Below, piece by piece: positions 1-10,341 of a DNA stretch of 64,000 bases; positions within the stretch are counted from its first letter, which is position 1; every line of letters starts with the position of its first letter. The stretch lies in NCBI GenBank assembly GCA_963827685.1, contig CAWHBU010000002.1:224001-288000 (forward strand), given 5' to 3'. Source of the DNA: an uncultured delta proteobacterium. GTDB taxonomy: Bacteria; Desulfobacterota; BSN033; UBA1163. The notes below the pieces were generated by a model that was not told the origin of the DNA, did not search any database, and saw nothing but the letters and a program-made list of their open reading frames with translations. The position numbers and the translations under genes are program-made.

Positions 1-2128
1 AGGTAACCTCGTAGTGAAACAGGGTGCCGCTCGGTAGCCCCGTATCCGTGTATGTCTCGTGGGCTATTGGAACAGTATTCAAGAGAACCCCATCGCGGTA
101 GACCATGTATCCGCCAAAATAGAATCGGACCGCCGCGTCCCATTGCAGGGTAATGGAGGTCTTGGTGGATGTCCCTCTCAGATTCCTTGGAATGGTAAGG
201 GCTTCTTCAGCCGTCCCTTCGAGGACCGTGAGGTTCGCTGATATCGTATTATTGGTTTCATCGGCCTCTGAAATCAGATTCTGGGGGTCAACCACCATTG
301 TGATCGTGTGCGTTCCCTTGGCAAAAACGTGCTGGAAGGAAACGGGTCCCTTCTGCCCAGAATCAAGAATGGGAATTGTTGTGCTGAATATCCTGTTCAT
401 GGCATTAGAGGGATCGCCATCAAAGAAATCGACCGCAATGTTCGTCGTCCCATAAGTTCCGTTGTTCTGCACCATAGCTGCAATCAAGACAGGACTACCC
501 TCCTGTGGTAAACCAGGAGAAAACGAAAAGCTGTTGGGCACGGCAACCAAATCAATTCCTTGAACAGGCGGGGCTACGGAATTGAGCAGCCGGAAGGCCT
601 GGTTGTTATCTTCCTTCGATTCTGATACCTGATTCAGAGGATCAACCTTTACCGTAATCCGATCCACCCCTTGTGCTACGGTCCACGGAATTTGGAAGAT
701 GCCAGAGCCTCCACCGGACAAATTAGTATAAGTGGCCTCACCTATCTTCAGCCCTCCCTGATCCGGATCGCCTGCATAAACCCAGACCACAAAATTCGAA
801 GCCAGGCTCTCGCCCTGATTGCGGACCCTAACCGAGATGGTAATCGCTTCTCCGATCTTTGGAGGATCAGGATTAAAGCTGATGTCGGTAGAACCAAGGG
901 TAAGATCCGGTAAATTAGGTGAAGTGATGCTCTTAGAGGCTATGTTGTCGGTTTCATCCAGTTCATCGATTGAATTTAAGGGATCTACGTTTACAAATAC
1001 CTTTCGGGATGACGCAGTTGGAATGGTCCAAGAGACACTCGCCTGAGAGCTTCCGTAAGCAGGTATAGATGCAATGGTTACTGTGCCAATGAATGCCCCT
1101 CCTACCGATGGGTCTCCATCGAAGAATCGGACGACAACGTTATTGGCAGCCGCTGGGCCTTCGTTATGAATTATCGCTGTGATAGTGATCGTATCGCCCA
1201 CCTTTGGAGCGGAGTTTGAGAAGGTGATGTCCGAAGATGATACCGAGAGATTTGGTTTCACATTTGCCAACGCCCGAAGCGCCAATGCCGTCGAATAGGG
1301 ATCATCATTCCAGGAGCCGTCTGGAAGCTGGGTGGAGGTGAGATAATTGATTGCCTGAGGAGCCATTGATGAAAGATCAGTGCCACTCTCAACCAGTGCC
1401 AAAAAAGCAAGGGCTGTCTCATAGACCGTAGAAGGGCTTGTCCCAAACCCCCCATCCGGATTCTGTTTTGTGAGCAGATAAGCCACTCCATTATTGATTG
1501 CTGTCTCAAGGTTATAGATGGTTTTGAATTGTGAAAGGGTTTGAAGAACTATCGCCGTCATATAAACATCACTTGGATCAGCCTCACAATTTGAGCACGC
1601 CGACGGATAAAATCCCCACCCCCCATCAGGATTTTGGGTGGAAAGAAGAAACCCCAGAGCAGTACTGATCGTATTTTGGTCGGAGTAGTTGGCCTCCTTC
1701 AACGCCTGAAGAGCAAGGGTGGTGTCAATAACATCCCTTACAAAGGACTCCGTGATTCCCCACGCAGACTGCGATATGTCACGCAGTGAGAGTAAGCTAT
1801 CTAATTCACTTGATAAATCAATATGGTTTTGCGCAAGCAGGATTATCTTTCTTGCCAACATGTCAACATCTTCGGCAAGGTATGAACATATCCACTGCAA
1901 ACCATTCTGATAGCTTGAATCCACCTTATTAAAAATCTTAAACGCATCGAGCACATGAAATGTGCTATAAGAATCTGTTGTAATATTTCCACTCCAAGCA
2001 CCGTCTGGCTTCTGGGAAACAGATAAATAATTGAGCCCATTAAGTATTATATAATTTTGAGCGATTACGGTATGTCCAGCTACTGAAAAAGCAATAATCA
2101 TCACAACTATTTTCAAGATTTTTTTCAT
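1..2128 (-). CDS. Large secreted protein: signal peptide, prenyltransferase/squalene-cyclase-like repeats, three CARDB domains, FN3 domain (runs off window start)
   Basis: Manual translation from ATG at 2128 (RBS GAGGT): MKKILKIVVMIIAFSVAGHTVIA; QNPDGGWG, QNPDGGFG and QLPDGSW repeats; CARDB-type VDPxNxIxExDETNN motifs; FN3-like SITLQW..GYMVYRDG..YTDTGL. Not in the ORF track because there is no stop in the window. Confidence 0.85.
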   Translation of the reverse strand, partial: MKKILKIVVMIIAFSVAGHTVIAQNYIILNGLNYLSVSQKPDGAWSGNITTDSYSTFHVLDAFKIFNKVDSSYQNGLQWICSYLAEDVDMLARKIILLAQNHIDLSSELDSLLSLRDISQSAWGITESFVRDVIDTTLALQALKEANYSDQNTISTALGFLLSTQNPDGGWGFYPSACSNCEADPSDVYMTAIVLQTLSQFKTIYNLETAINNGVAYLLTKQNPDGGFGTSPSTVYETALAFLALVESGTDLSSMAPQAINYLTSTQLPDGSWNDDPYSTALALRALANVKPNLSVSSSDITFSNSAPKVGDTITITAIIHNEGPAAANNVVVRFFDGDPSVGGAFIGTVTIASIPAYGSSQASVSWTIPTASSRKVFVNVDPLNSIDELDETDNIASKSITSPNLPDLTLGSTDISFNPDPPKIGEAITISVRVRNQGESLASNFVVWVYAGDPDQGGLKIGEATYTNLSGGGSGIFQIPWTVAQGVDRITVKVDPLNQVSESKEDNNQAFRLLNSVAPPVQGIDLVAVPNSFSFSPGLPQEGSPVLIAAMVQNNGTYGTTNIAVDFFDGDPSNAMNRIFSTTIPILDSGQKGPVSFQHVFAKGTHTITMVVDPQNLISEADETNNTISANLTVLEGTAEEALTIPRNLRGTSTKTSITLQWDAAVRFYFGGYMVYRDGVLLNTVPIAHETYTDTGLPSGTLFHYEVT

Positions 2129-2162
2129 AACTATACCTCACGCTTTCTCAAGAGCAATAACA

Positions 2163-2546
2163 TTAAATGCCAGCGTTTCGGAATAAACGCCACGCGAATC
2201 CCAATAGGACATAAATAAAAATCCCAATAGTGATTACTAAAATATAGGATTTGAAAAGCATCAAACTACTTAGAAAGATAATAGTCATAGTGATGCCCAA
2301 TATAATAGATGCCTTCCTTAATATTTTATTTGGTTCAAATACGATCCCCAAAATAAACCATAAAACTATCGATCCTATAGCTGCAGCTAACCAATAATTT
2401 ATAAAGAAACAACCAATTGTTTGAGGTGGAGGGATTCTTCTAACATAAAAACAAACAGCTATTGAAATCATTGAGAGGTTTGCAATAGCTGTTCCCACAA
2501 AAACTACAATGAAAGGTATTCTCCCCAATGATATTTTCGGCTTCAT
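2163..2546 (-). CDS. Small AT-rich multi-pass membrane protein (candidate immunity protein)
   Basis: ATG at 2546 overlaps the upstream stop (ATGA); 127 aa with about 4 hydrophobic segments. Confidence 0.65.
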   Translation of the reverse strand: MKPKISLGRIPFIVVFVGTAIANLSMISIAVCFYVRRIPPPQTIGCFFINYWLAAAIGSIVLWFILGIVFEPNKILRKASIILGITMTIIFLSSLMLFKSYILVITIGIFIYVLLGFAWRLFRNAGI

Positions 2547-5504
2547 GATAAGTCCCACCACCTTACCAACTTCTTTTGACCGAAGGCGATTCTTGAAGAC
2601 CCCCTGTTTGCTTCGTCTAATTGTGCGGTGGATAATGATATAATGCAGAGATCGATGTAAATTAATAACAGAGCTACAAGGAATAAAATAAATGCAAGGA
2701 TGGCTATAATTGCAAGGTAACCAAGGAGGCCAACAGTCATCATGGCGGCCACTATGGCTGGAAATTGATATATACCTGCAAGTAGCGCGGCTGCGATTAT
2801 TAAGGCAGGAACAATGAGAAATGCGCATGCCAAACCTTTACCCTCTTGTTGGTTAGTAATATCATTTACTCCCAGAGGTTGCGTGGTGCTCCCACCTGCA
2901 ATTCCCCCACTGATAAGGTACGCTCCTGCACCCGTAACAGGATCGGAAATAACATACCCTGCACCACTCCAATCATTGACCTGAATTTCTCTTTGAGGAA
3001 TAATTATCTCCTTGCCAGCATTTATTGCATTAATTATATCGGCCTTAACTTCATCAGAAACCTCAAGGAATGGAAGCACCGCAGACAGGTTTGCACTACT
3101 AACTATATATATTCTTAACCCTTGCTGATTAGCCAAATAAACGGCTTTGGCTGCTGAAATTCCTTGAACCCGGTAAAGCTGTTCCATTACTCCGTGTTCT
3201 AAACTCGACCCGATTATCCCAGCTGTCATCATAAAGCTCTTAAGGGATTGCGAATCACCTGTCCGTGACGAAAGGAGATACAATGACCGATCTATATCAA
3301 TATTTGCCCCTGTTACATTCACCCATCTCGGCACTCCAAACATGGTGACCACATTGAGTGATAACCCAAAAATTCCTTCCCCGGGTTGCTTCCCATATAC
3401 TATATTTTGCGATGCGGCAACAACATCTATTTGCCTATCGACTTCAAAGAAATAGCACATGACACTAAGGTAAAGTTGTTCGCCTATACCTGCGTCTGAT
3501 AGACGATCGCCTCCTGTTTTTGCAAAATTCTCAAGTTGTTGAGCCCGTTCTCTAAGAACCGAAGAAAAATGGGAAGACAGTCGATCGGGAACAAAGCCCA
3601 AAGCATAATAGCCTCCTGCCACAATATTATTTTGAACTTCGTCCGATCCTAACCCGGGAGATACGAAGCGTATAGTAAAATGCTGGATAATTCCCATTCC
3701 TCCTGAAATTCCTTCCGTCTTAACTATAGCTTCAACTCTAAGTTGTGACTTAACGTTGATAAGATAAGCGGGGGTATTGAAGAGACCTCCATACATGTTG
3801 ACCGTTTGCTGATCTGTTGAGGTTGCAGGCGCATAACTCAGTGTTACCCTTTTCCCGATCAGTTCTGGTAGGCTGGACGCGAAACTCAGATTCGGGCCGG
3901 ATAAACTCTCTGTATCTAATTCGAAAACGACATTATGCCGTAAACTGTCGGGAATAGCACAAAACTTGCTTCCAGTTGCTATTGTCTTATAGGGTAGTGT
4001 GATGGGTAAGGTAGAAAATTCTTGAGGAATAATTCCCTTTTTTCCAATGAGGTCTTCTATTGTACCGTTCGGTAGATTGTTATTGACATAATTTTCAATA
4101 CGGTTCTTAAGGTCATCAAATTGTGTCCGGATTAGGGCCCCGTCTACATTTGATATAAATCCCTCTTGTTCATTAATCGTAGCGGTAACCTTCAATTGAT
4201 TCACAAGTCCCTCAGCATCAAATGGAACTGCTGTTTTTATGTCAATCCCTTGTGTATAGGCAAACTGCTTGTACGATGGATCAAGGGGAACCCAAGTATC
4301 TCCTTGTCCTGTTTTATGTCTTGCACCCCTTGAAGGAATGTAATCAACCCACGCCTCGACCCATACATGTTCCAATCTTGCTTTTGTGACTTTGCCGCCT
4401 GAGATAATGCCTGTGACTGGGATTCCGCCACTCGCGATAAAATCAAGGGCGGCATTGGCATCGGTAAATCCTCCCACCCAGTTCATAACCTTATCTATTG
4501 GGAGTTCGATGGTTACCATAAACATACCGGGCGGGGATGTTAGAAGCACGAAGCAGTGCAGTCAGCAAAGAGGTCGTATCAAAGGCATTGCCTTGTTTGG
4601 TGAGCAAGGTCATATGGGCTCCTTGAATGGAGCCATAGGTGGGTACAAATTCGATGTTATTTCTCACCCAGTTGTAGATCTTTACAGGGTTGTTTCCAAG
4701 TTCCTGTGCTTTTGCAATTATTTCCGGTGTGAATTGGACTTCTATGTTCTCAGCGAGATCATCTGGAGTGGGAGGATTGGTCGCTTGTGCAACCATCAAG
4801 TTTGGAGTATTTGGTTCATAGTTCATAGTTCCTTGTTCATCGTTGGGCGATAAAAGACCTTTTAGAGACCCAATCGATGCAACAAGAATTGGTTTCCTCT
4901 GTGCTTCTGCCTTTTTCTGTTTTATGAAGTCTTTCTCAAAATCCTCTTTCTTAAGCCGGGGTTCCTTCCTTTCAAGCTTTTGGGTTCTATTGGGGAGCTT
5001 GTTTGGGTCTAACGGAATGTGTTTCTTGGGTGGTTTTACCTTTTCAAGATGGGCTCTAATTTTTTCGGCCCAAACCTCTGTCCCCGCTTTCTCAAATGCA
5101 TCAAGGTTGCCCTTCAGTTCAGTCACATTATCTTCATAATGCTTTACAAATTTATGATGCCTCTGCAATATCTCACTAGGAAGTCCTGCATCTCTTAACT
5201 TCTTCTCTGTCTCTGCAAACTGCTTTCTAATCTCCGTATCAAGGTTCTCTATTTCCGCTCTTTTTGCCTTTACCTTGGCGGCCTTTGCCTCTCTGTCAAT
5301 AACAGGATTCTCAAGAATCTCTGCGATTTCCTCGATTGCTTTCTGAAACCTCTCCTCTGATTTCGGAGTTCTTGAAGGCTGATTTTGGGGAGCGGGATCT
5401 TTTAGATTATCAACGGCATAAGCAAAGCTCGATATCCCAGCGAAGGTCCATGAAAAGAAAAATAGAACAACAATGGCCAATTTTTTTAAGAATTTATGAT
5501 TCAT
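2543..5504 (-). pseudogene. Transglutaminase-like domain secreted protein, split by a 1-bp frameshift near 4513 (pseudogene or sequencing error)
   Basis: ORF 4491-5504 (signal peptide; IYNWVRNNIEF..GNAFD..IPARYVYG) continues in another frame as TIELP..HVWVEAWVD..WVPLDPS (ORF 2543-4549). GGT-A-ACC-ATC-GAA contains one extra A. Confidence 0.8.
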
Positions 5505-5541
5505 TTAGTCCTCCGTCTAATTTAATTATGCTCAATAAAAC

Positions 5542-5582
5542 AAAAGCCCATCCCCAGTCATTTTGACTGAAAATGGGCTTTT
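5542..5582 (-). terminator. Intrinsic terminator-like hairpin in the leader of the transglutaminase-like gene
   Basis: Minus strand AAAAGCCCAT..CAGTCAAAATGACTG..ATGGGCTTTTGTTTT, about 40 nt before the start codon. Confidence 0.6.
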
Positions 5583-5670
5583 CGATTTAACCCTTTTTCG
5601 TTCTTCATCCGGCCCCCCCCAAGATTTTAGCCTTCTGTTGCACTTCCGATACAGAGGTTTGTTGCACAAA

Positions 5671-5699
5671 CCCATACCACGGTAAAAACTGGTTGTCAA
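5671..5699 (-). promoter_or_regulatory. Putative sigma70 promoter
   Basis: TTGACA-N17-TATGGG with an upstream TG, on the minus strand. Confidence 0.4.
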
Positions 5700-6060
5700 G
5701 AAGATAAGTTTCAGATAAGTTTCAGAATGTCGAAAAGTCAATGGGTAAACTGGTGGGCATATATATCACAGAACAGGTAACAGATTGGATACAGATTCGA
5801 AAAAAAATGAAAAAATTCTTAAAGGGGGAGATGAGGTTCTTAGCGCAAACCGAGGACGAGTAGTGAAGAAACTGACTAAAATGTCAATAATTACTTAATC
5901 TGGTTAGATTCCTATGGGCAGAGATAGGGGAAGATTAGGAGTCTCCCATTGTAAAGGGGGATTTAGAGGGATTTTTCTATCCGATGCTTAACAGGACTTT
6001 GACGGGGCCATGAGCGTGGCCAGTTATAAGGTGAAAGGTCAGAAGTGACAGGTAACGATA

Positions 6061-6597
6061 TCAGACGTGGTCTATCTTTTGGTACACGACCATTTCATCT
6101 TTTTTGAACAGGTCTTCAGGGTGGTATTTCGGAATGGGTAGCTCCAGTTGTTTGAATCGAACGGGTGAGACTTTCTTATCCACCAGACCCAACGCCACGG
6201 CTACGCCATACAGGATAGCTTCCGGTCGGGGTGGACAGCCGGGGATGTAGAAATTGACAGGAATGACCTTTTCGACCGGCCCGATCACATTGTAGGTATC
6301 ATACCAGATACCTCCGCCACAGGCGCAGGAGCCAATGGCAAAGACCAGTTTGGGTGCGGGTATTGCTTCGTAGGCTTTTTTTAGCGCCTTGGCAGTAGCG
6401 CGGGATGCCGGTCCCTGGCAGAGCATAACGTCGGCATGACGGGGAGAGCCAACCAGTTTTATGCCGAAACGCTCGGCATCATAGTACGGTGTTAATACGT
6501 TCAGCACCTCGATATCGCATCCGTTACACCCTCCGCTGTTGGCGTGGTACACCCACAGGGAACGGGGAAACATCTTTTTGCACAGGTTCTTAAGCAT
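6061..6597 (-). CDS. Group 4 [NiFe]-hydrogenase small subunit (HycG/NuoB-like)
   Basis: SGGCNGCDIE, SPRHAD, AIGSCACGGG and IPGCPPRPE motifs. Confidence 0.93.
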   Translation of the reverse strand: MLKNLCKKMFPRSLWVYHANSGGCNGCDIEVLNVLTPYYDAERFGIKLVGSPRHADVMLCQGPASRATAKALKKAYEAIPAPKLVFAIGSCACGGGIWYDTYNVIGPVEKVIPVNFYIPGCPPRPEAILYGVAVALGLVDKKVSPVRFKQLELPIPKYHPEDLFKKDEMVVYQKIDHV

Positions 6598-6641
6598 TCG
6601 CAATTCTCCTCACTCCGAATTCTCCGTAATGTTTTACTGAG

Positions 6642-6806
6642 AAGGCGGTTGGGTGTGCTTTCCAACATTTACAAAGCGATTTTTGAGATGTCTTATGGGC
6701 AACATGCAATATTGCCTGAGATGATTTGGGCAATACAATTGGAAAGACAGTAGCAAACGATTTAAAGGTACCGCTGTAAATGTTTTCCAACACACCCAAC
6801 CACCTT
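6642..6806. repeat. Imperfect 32-bp inverted repeat inside the hydrogenase operon
   Basis: AAGGCGGTTGGGTGTG-ctttcc-AACATTTACA (6642-6673) versus the reverse complement of 6775-6806. Confidence 0.7.
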
Positions 6807-6862
6807 GTCGAACGCGTTAATTTAGCTGTAAAGACCTCTCCAAACATTATCCATGCCTTCCC

Positions 6863-7387
6863 TTAGTCAAGCTCCAGGTCGATGTCTTTCACTACCGGTT
6901 CTTTGTCGAGGTAGGCCTGAGATGTATAGACCCATGCGTCTTTCTCCAGGTTATCGAAGCGGTAGCCTTTCATCATCAGCGCCTCCAGTGGTCTCTGTCC
7001 GCTGTAACAGCGGCCACAGCGCTGGCAGGTGCCCATGAAGATTTCAAGGTTCTGCTGAATGTCGTGGATATCTCCGGTGGCGTTTTCAAACTCCTTGCTC
7101 ATGGTGATCGCCCCTTCGGGACAGACATCCGCGCACCGACCGCAGTAAGTGCAGCGCCGCCCGATGTACTTGATGATGCGCACCTCCTGGCAGGGATCGA
7201 ACACCAGGATTTCACGGGCAGGGCAGTTGTTGGCGCACCCGGCACAGCCGATACACTTTTCTGGATGAAAGATCGGACGGCCACGGAAACGTTCCGGCAC
7301 GGGCTTGGCCTCGAAGGGATAGGGCAGGGTAACCCGACCTGCATTGAGACAGATGATCACTTCTTTAATCTTACTGAGCAGCGACAT
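6863..7387 (-). CDS. 2x[4Fe-4S] subunit (HycF/NuoI-like)
   Basis: RFRGRP, CIGCAGCANNCP, CTYCGRCADVCP and CQRCG motifs. Confidence 0.92.
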   Translation of the reverse strand: MSLLSKIKEVIICLNAGRVTLPYPFEAKPVPERFRGRPIFHPEKCIGCAGCANNCPAREILVFDPCQEVRIIKYIGRRCTYCGRCADVCPEGAITMSKEFENATGDIHDIQQNLEIFMGTCQRCGRCYSGQRPLEALMMKGYRFDNLEKDAWVYTSQAYLDKEPVVKDIDLELD

Positions 7388-7400
7388 AGTCACCTCAGAG

Positions 7401-8324
7401 TTAAAATCCACTCACGGCAAACACCAATGCCACGAGTGCGAGTCCGAACAGCCCTGCATAGTATCGGATCGCCTGATCAATACGGTAGCGGGCGTGCGTG
7501 GCTGCAACGAGCGTTACCAGCAAAACCAATACCGTTACTTTTACGAGAAAGATGATCACATCCAGTGGGTAAAAGCCGGTTTGGCCCCATGGGACGAAGA
7601 GCGCAACAAAGAGGGCGGTGTATACAAATAATTTCACCATGCGGGCATACTTGAATAGAGCAAGTTTCGGTCCCGAATACTCAATCATCGGTCCTTCCAT
7701 GATTTCTGTTTCCGCCTCAGCGGTATCGAACGGCATCCGGCCTACGAAAGCCTGTAGTGCAAACAGGATAATCCCCAGTATGATCAGCCCTGCCACTGGA
7801 AACACGCCGGAAGTATAGACCGATCCATTCAGTACCTGATTGAGCCTGAGCGTGCCGGTGTGCACCGCGCCGATCACGATGGCAACGGCGAGAAGCGGCT
7901 CCAGGGTCATCATGGCCATCATCTCCCTGCTCATGCCGATGAGCGAATAAGTTGAACCGGCAGCCAGCGCTGCCAGCAGGGTCGATATACCCGAGAGCGT
8001 GAGAAGGTAAATCAGAAGAATGACATCACTCTGGCCGCCTAAGGGAGCTTGTCCCCCCATCGGTACCTGCACGGCAACGGTGAGCACCGTCGCCAGCGAA
8101 AGCAAGGCAGCAAACCGCTGCATCCTGGGGGATTGGCCGGATTCGATATCCTCCTTGCCGAGTAGCTTCAGCAAATCAAAATATGGCTGCAGGATAGGGG
8201 GACCTTGCCGGGACTGGATCCGTGCTGTGATTTTCCGGAGGATGCCCTCAAACAATGGGGCCAGCCCAAGGGCGAGCACCACATTGATTGCTCCAAGAAT
8301 GATCGCTGATATATTTAGCTGCAT
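7401..8324 (-). CDS. Membrane subunit (HycD/NuoH-like)
   Basis: ARIQSRQGPP, DLLKLLGKE and RMPFDTAEAETEIMEGPMIEYSG motifs. Confidence 0.93.
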   Translation of the reverse strand: MQLNISAIILGAINVVLALGLAPLFEGILRKITARIQSRQGPPILQPYFDLLKLLGKEDIESGQSPRMQRFAALLSLATVLTVAVQVPMGGQAPLGGQSDVILLIYLLTLSGISTLLAALAAGSTYSLIGMSREMMAMMTLEPLLAVAIVIGAVHTGTLRLNQVLNGSVYTSGVFPVAGLIILGIILFALQAFVGRMPFDTAEAETEIMEGPMIEYSGPKLALFKYARMVKLFVYTALFVALFVPWGQTGFYPLDVIIFLVKVTVLVLLVTLVAATHARYRIDQAIRYYAGLFGLALVALVFAVSGF

Positions 8325-8342
8325 CTCCCTCTCATCTCCGTA

Positions 8343-10019
8343 TTACCCGTTTCGTTGCCGCACCAGTTGTAACAATTCTTCTTGAGAGTAGACCCGTATT
8401 TTTCCGGAGCGGATGTCCACAATTTCCATGCGGTCTGTGCAGGAGAAGCATGGATCGATGCTGCCGAGCGAGATCGTCATGTCCGCCAGTTGCTGGTCCT
8501 TGATCATCGCCGGGATGCCCTGCAGATTTTGATAGGTCGGTGCACGTACCCGCCACCGGTCAGGACGGTTGTTTTCACCTGTGACGACGAAGTGGTGCGA
8601 CTCGCCGCGCGGCGCCTCTACAGAAGAGAGCCCAATGCGGCCGGCAGGGAGTTCATCGTTGATTGGCAGCTGGATGGAACCTTCCGGCATCTTTTCCAGA
8701 CACTGGTGGATGATGCGGATGGATTCAAATACCTCCAGGACACGGACAATCAGCCGTGACCAGACATCGCAGCCGTCTTCGACTATCACATCAAAATCCA
8801 CACGGTCATAGGCAGCGTAGGGGAGATCGCGGCGGCAGTCGATGGGGACACCGGAAGCCCTGGCGAGCGGACCCACCAGGCCTGCGTCTTTGACCAGTTC
8901 TTTATCGGCGATACCCACGCCTTTGGTCCGTGCCTTAATATTCCGATCGCCTTTGACTGCGTTGGCAACCTTCACCCATTCCTTTTCCAGGGTGTCGAGC
9001 ACCCCCTGCAGTTCTTTCTTCAACTCTGTGGTGATATCCCAGCGCACACCGCCGACGACACAGAGTGAGTACGTTTTACGGTTGCCGGTGAGCTTTTCAG
9101 CGATCCACATGATCGGCTCACGGATCCGCCAGCTCTGCATAAAGAGCGTGTCAAAGCCAAGGATGTGTGATGCCAATCCCACCCACAGGGGATGGCTGTG
9201 CAGACGTTCGAGCTCAAGCATGATGGTGCGGATGAACTCAGCGCGGGGAGTCGGCTTGATCCCCGCGGCCTGCTCGACGGCCTGAATGTATGCCACGCTA
9301 TGTACACAGCCGCAGATTCCGCAGATCCGCTCTGCGAGCATCGGTATTTCATTGTAGGTTAGGACGGAGTCAGCCAGTTTCTCAATGCCGCGGTGCACCA
9401 TGAATCCACGGTACTCGCACCCGCGGACAATTTCTCCTTCTACGTAGAGGCGGAAGTGAGCGGGTTCATCCAGGGTGGGGTGAAAGGGGCCAAAGGGAAC
9501 GACCATGCACCCCTCCGGGACCTCGTCAAAATTGTATTCTTTGTTTTCGTCGAAATTGGATGGAACGTGGTTCCACGGTACATCCTTACGCAGGGGATGA
9601 ACTCCCTCTGGCCAGCCGTCCGGCAGAATCAGCCGCTTGGGGTTGGGACAGCCAATGGATTCAATCCCCAGAAGATCACGCATCTCCCGTTCAGCCCAAT
9701 TCGCACCAGGCACTACGTCGGAGATACATTCCACCCTGGGCTGGCTGGCTGGCACCTGGACCATGATGCTCGCCAGCACGTTCTCTCGGTCAAAAGAGAA
9801 ATCGTGCGCGACGATGAAACGGTTGGAGCGCTGCCGGTCATCTATGCCGATGCTGATGACATAGCGGGCATCAAGGTTGCGGAACACATAACGGCAGACC
9901 TCTTTAATCATCTCAGGCTGGACGTAAAGATATAATCGGTTATCTGCGGGTACATCCACGCGTTGGATGACCCCGTCAAATCGTTTCTTGATGCTGTTTA
10001 GTACATCACGTGCTGGCAT
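8343..10019 (-). CDS. Group 4 [NiFe]-hydrogenase large subunit (HycE-like, NuoC+NuoD fusion)
   Basis: L1 motif ERICGICG, L2 motif DPCFSCTDR followed by a cleavable C-terminal extension; N-terminal NuoC-like AEREMRDLLG..HPLRKD. Confidence 0.95.
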   Translation of the reverse strand: MPARDVLNSIKKRFDGVIQRVDVPADNRLYLYVQPEMIKEVCRYVFRNLDARYVISIGIDDRQRSNRFIVAHDFSFDRENVLASIMVQVPASQPRVECISDVVPGANWAEREMRDLLGIESIGCPNPKRLILPDGWPEGVHPLRKDVPWNHVPSNFDENKEYNFDEVPEGCMVVPFGPFHPTLDEPAHFRLYVEGEIVRGCEYRGFMVHRGIEKLADSVLTYNEIPMLAERICGICGCVHSVAYIQAVEQAAGIKPTPRAEFIRTIMLELERLHSHPLWVGLASHILGFDTLFMQSWRIREPIMWIAEKLTGNRKTYSLCVVGGVRWDITTELKKELQGVLDTLEKEWVKVANAVKGDRNIKARTKGVGIADKELVKDAGLVGPLARASGVPIDCRRDLPYAAYDRVDFDVIVEDGCDVWSRLIVRVLEVFESIRIIHQCLEKMPEGSIQLPINDELPAGRIGLSSVEAPRGESHHFVVTGENNRPDRWRVRAPTYQNLQGIPAMIKDQQLADMTISLGSIDPCFSCTDRMEIVDIRSGKIRVYSQEELLQLVRQRNG

Positions 10020-10090
10020 AGTTTAACCTGCTAAATAAATTTCGTTTGTTCCCATATTGGCAATAAAAATTTTCTCATACCTTGGGGAAC

Positions 10091-10300
10091 GAAGCACCAA
10101 ATTCCAAGCACCTGCCTCCGCCGGAGCGGCTTCGCGCAGGCAGGCCAAATAACAAATAAATTCCAAAGGACCAAATTCGAAACCACAAGCGTCCTCACCC
10201 TTCCCCTCTCCCCCGAGGGGAGAGGGATGGGGTGAGGGGTGGTCATTGGAACTTGAAATTTGGAGCTTATTTGGAATTTGGGATTTGTCATTTGGAATTT
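10091..10300. repeat. Nested intergenic repeat cassette: CCAAAT-type arms enclosing two GC-rich palindromes
   Basis: Left arm CCAAATTCCAA/CCAAATAACAAAT, right arm TTGGAATTTGGGATTTG; CCTGCC..GCAGGCAGG at 10111-10144; CCTCACCC..GGGTGAGG at 10193-10237. Confidence 0.8.
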
Positions 10301-10341
10301 TTCCTTCTAATCCTCTTTTGTTTGTCGGCAAAGCCGAGAAT

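Noticed and set aside
5580-5690. c-di-GMP-I (GEMM) riboswitch in the leader
   Set aside because: Could not find the GGCAAA..GAAA..GACGCAAAGC core
10023-10331. ORFs 10023-10331 and 10031-10291
   Set aside because: Translations of repeat DNA with no domain features; same for 59580-59880
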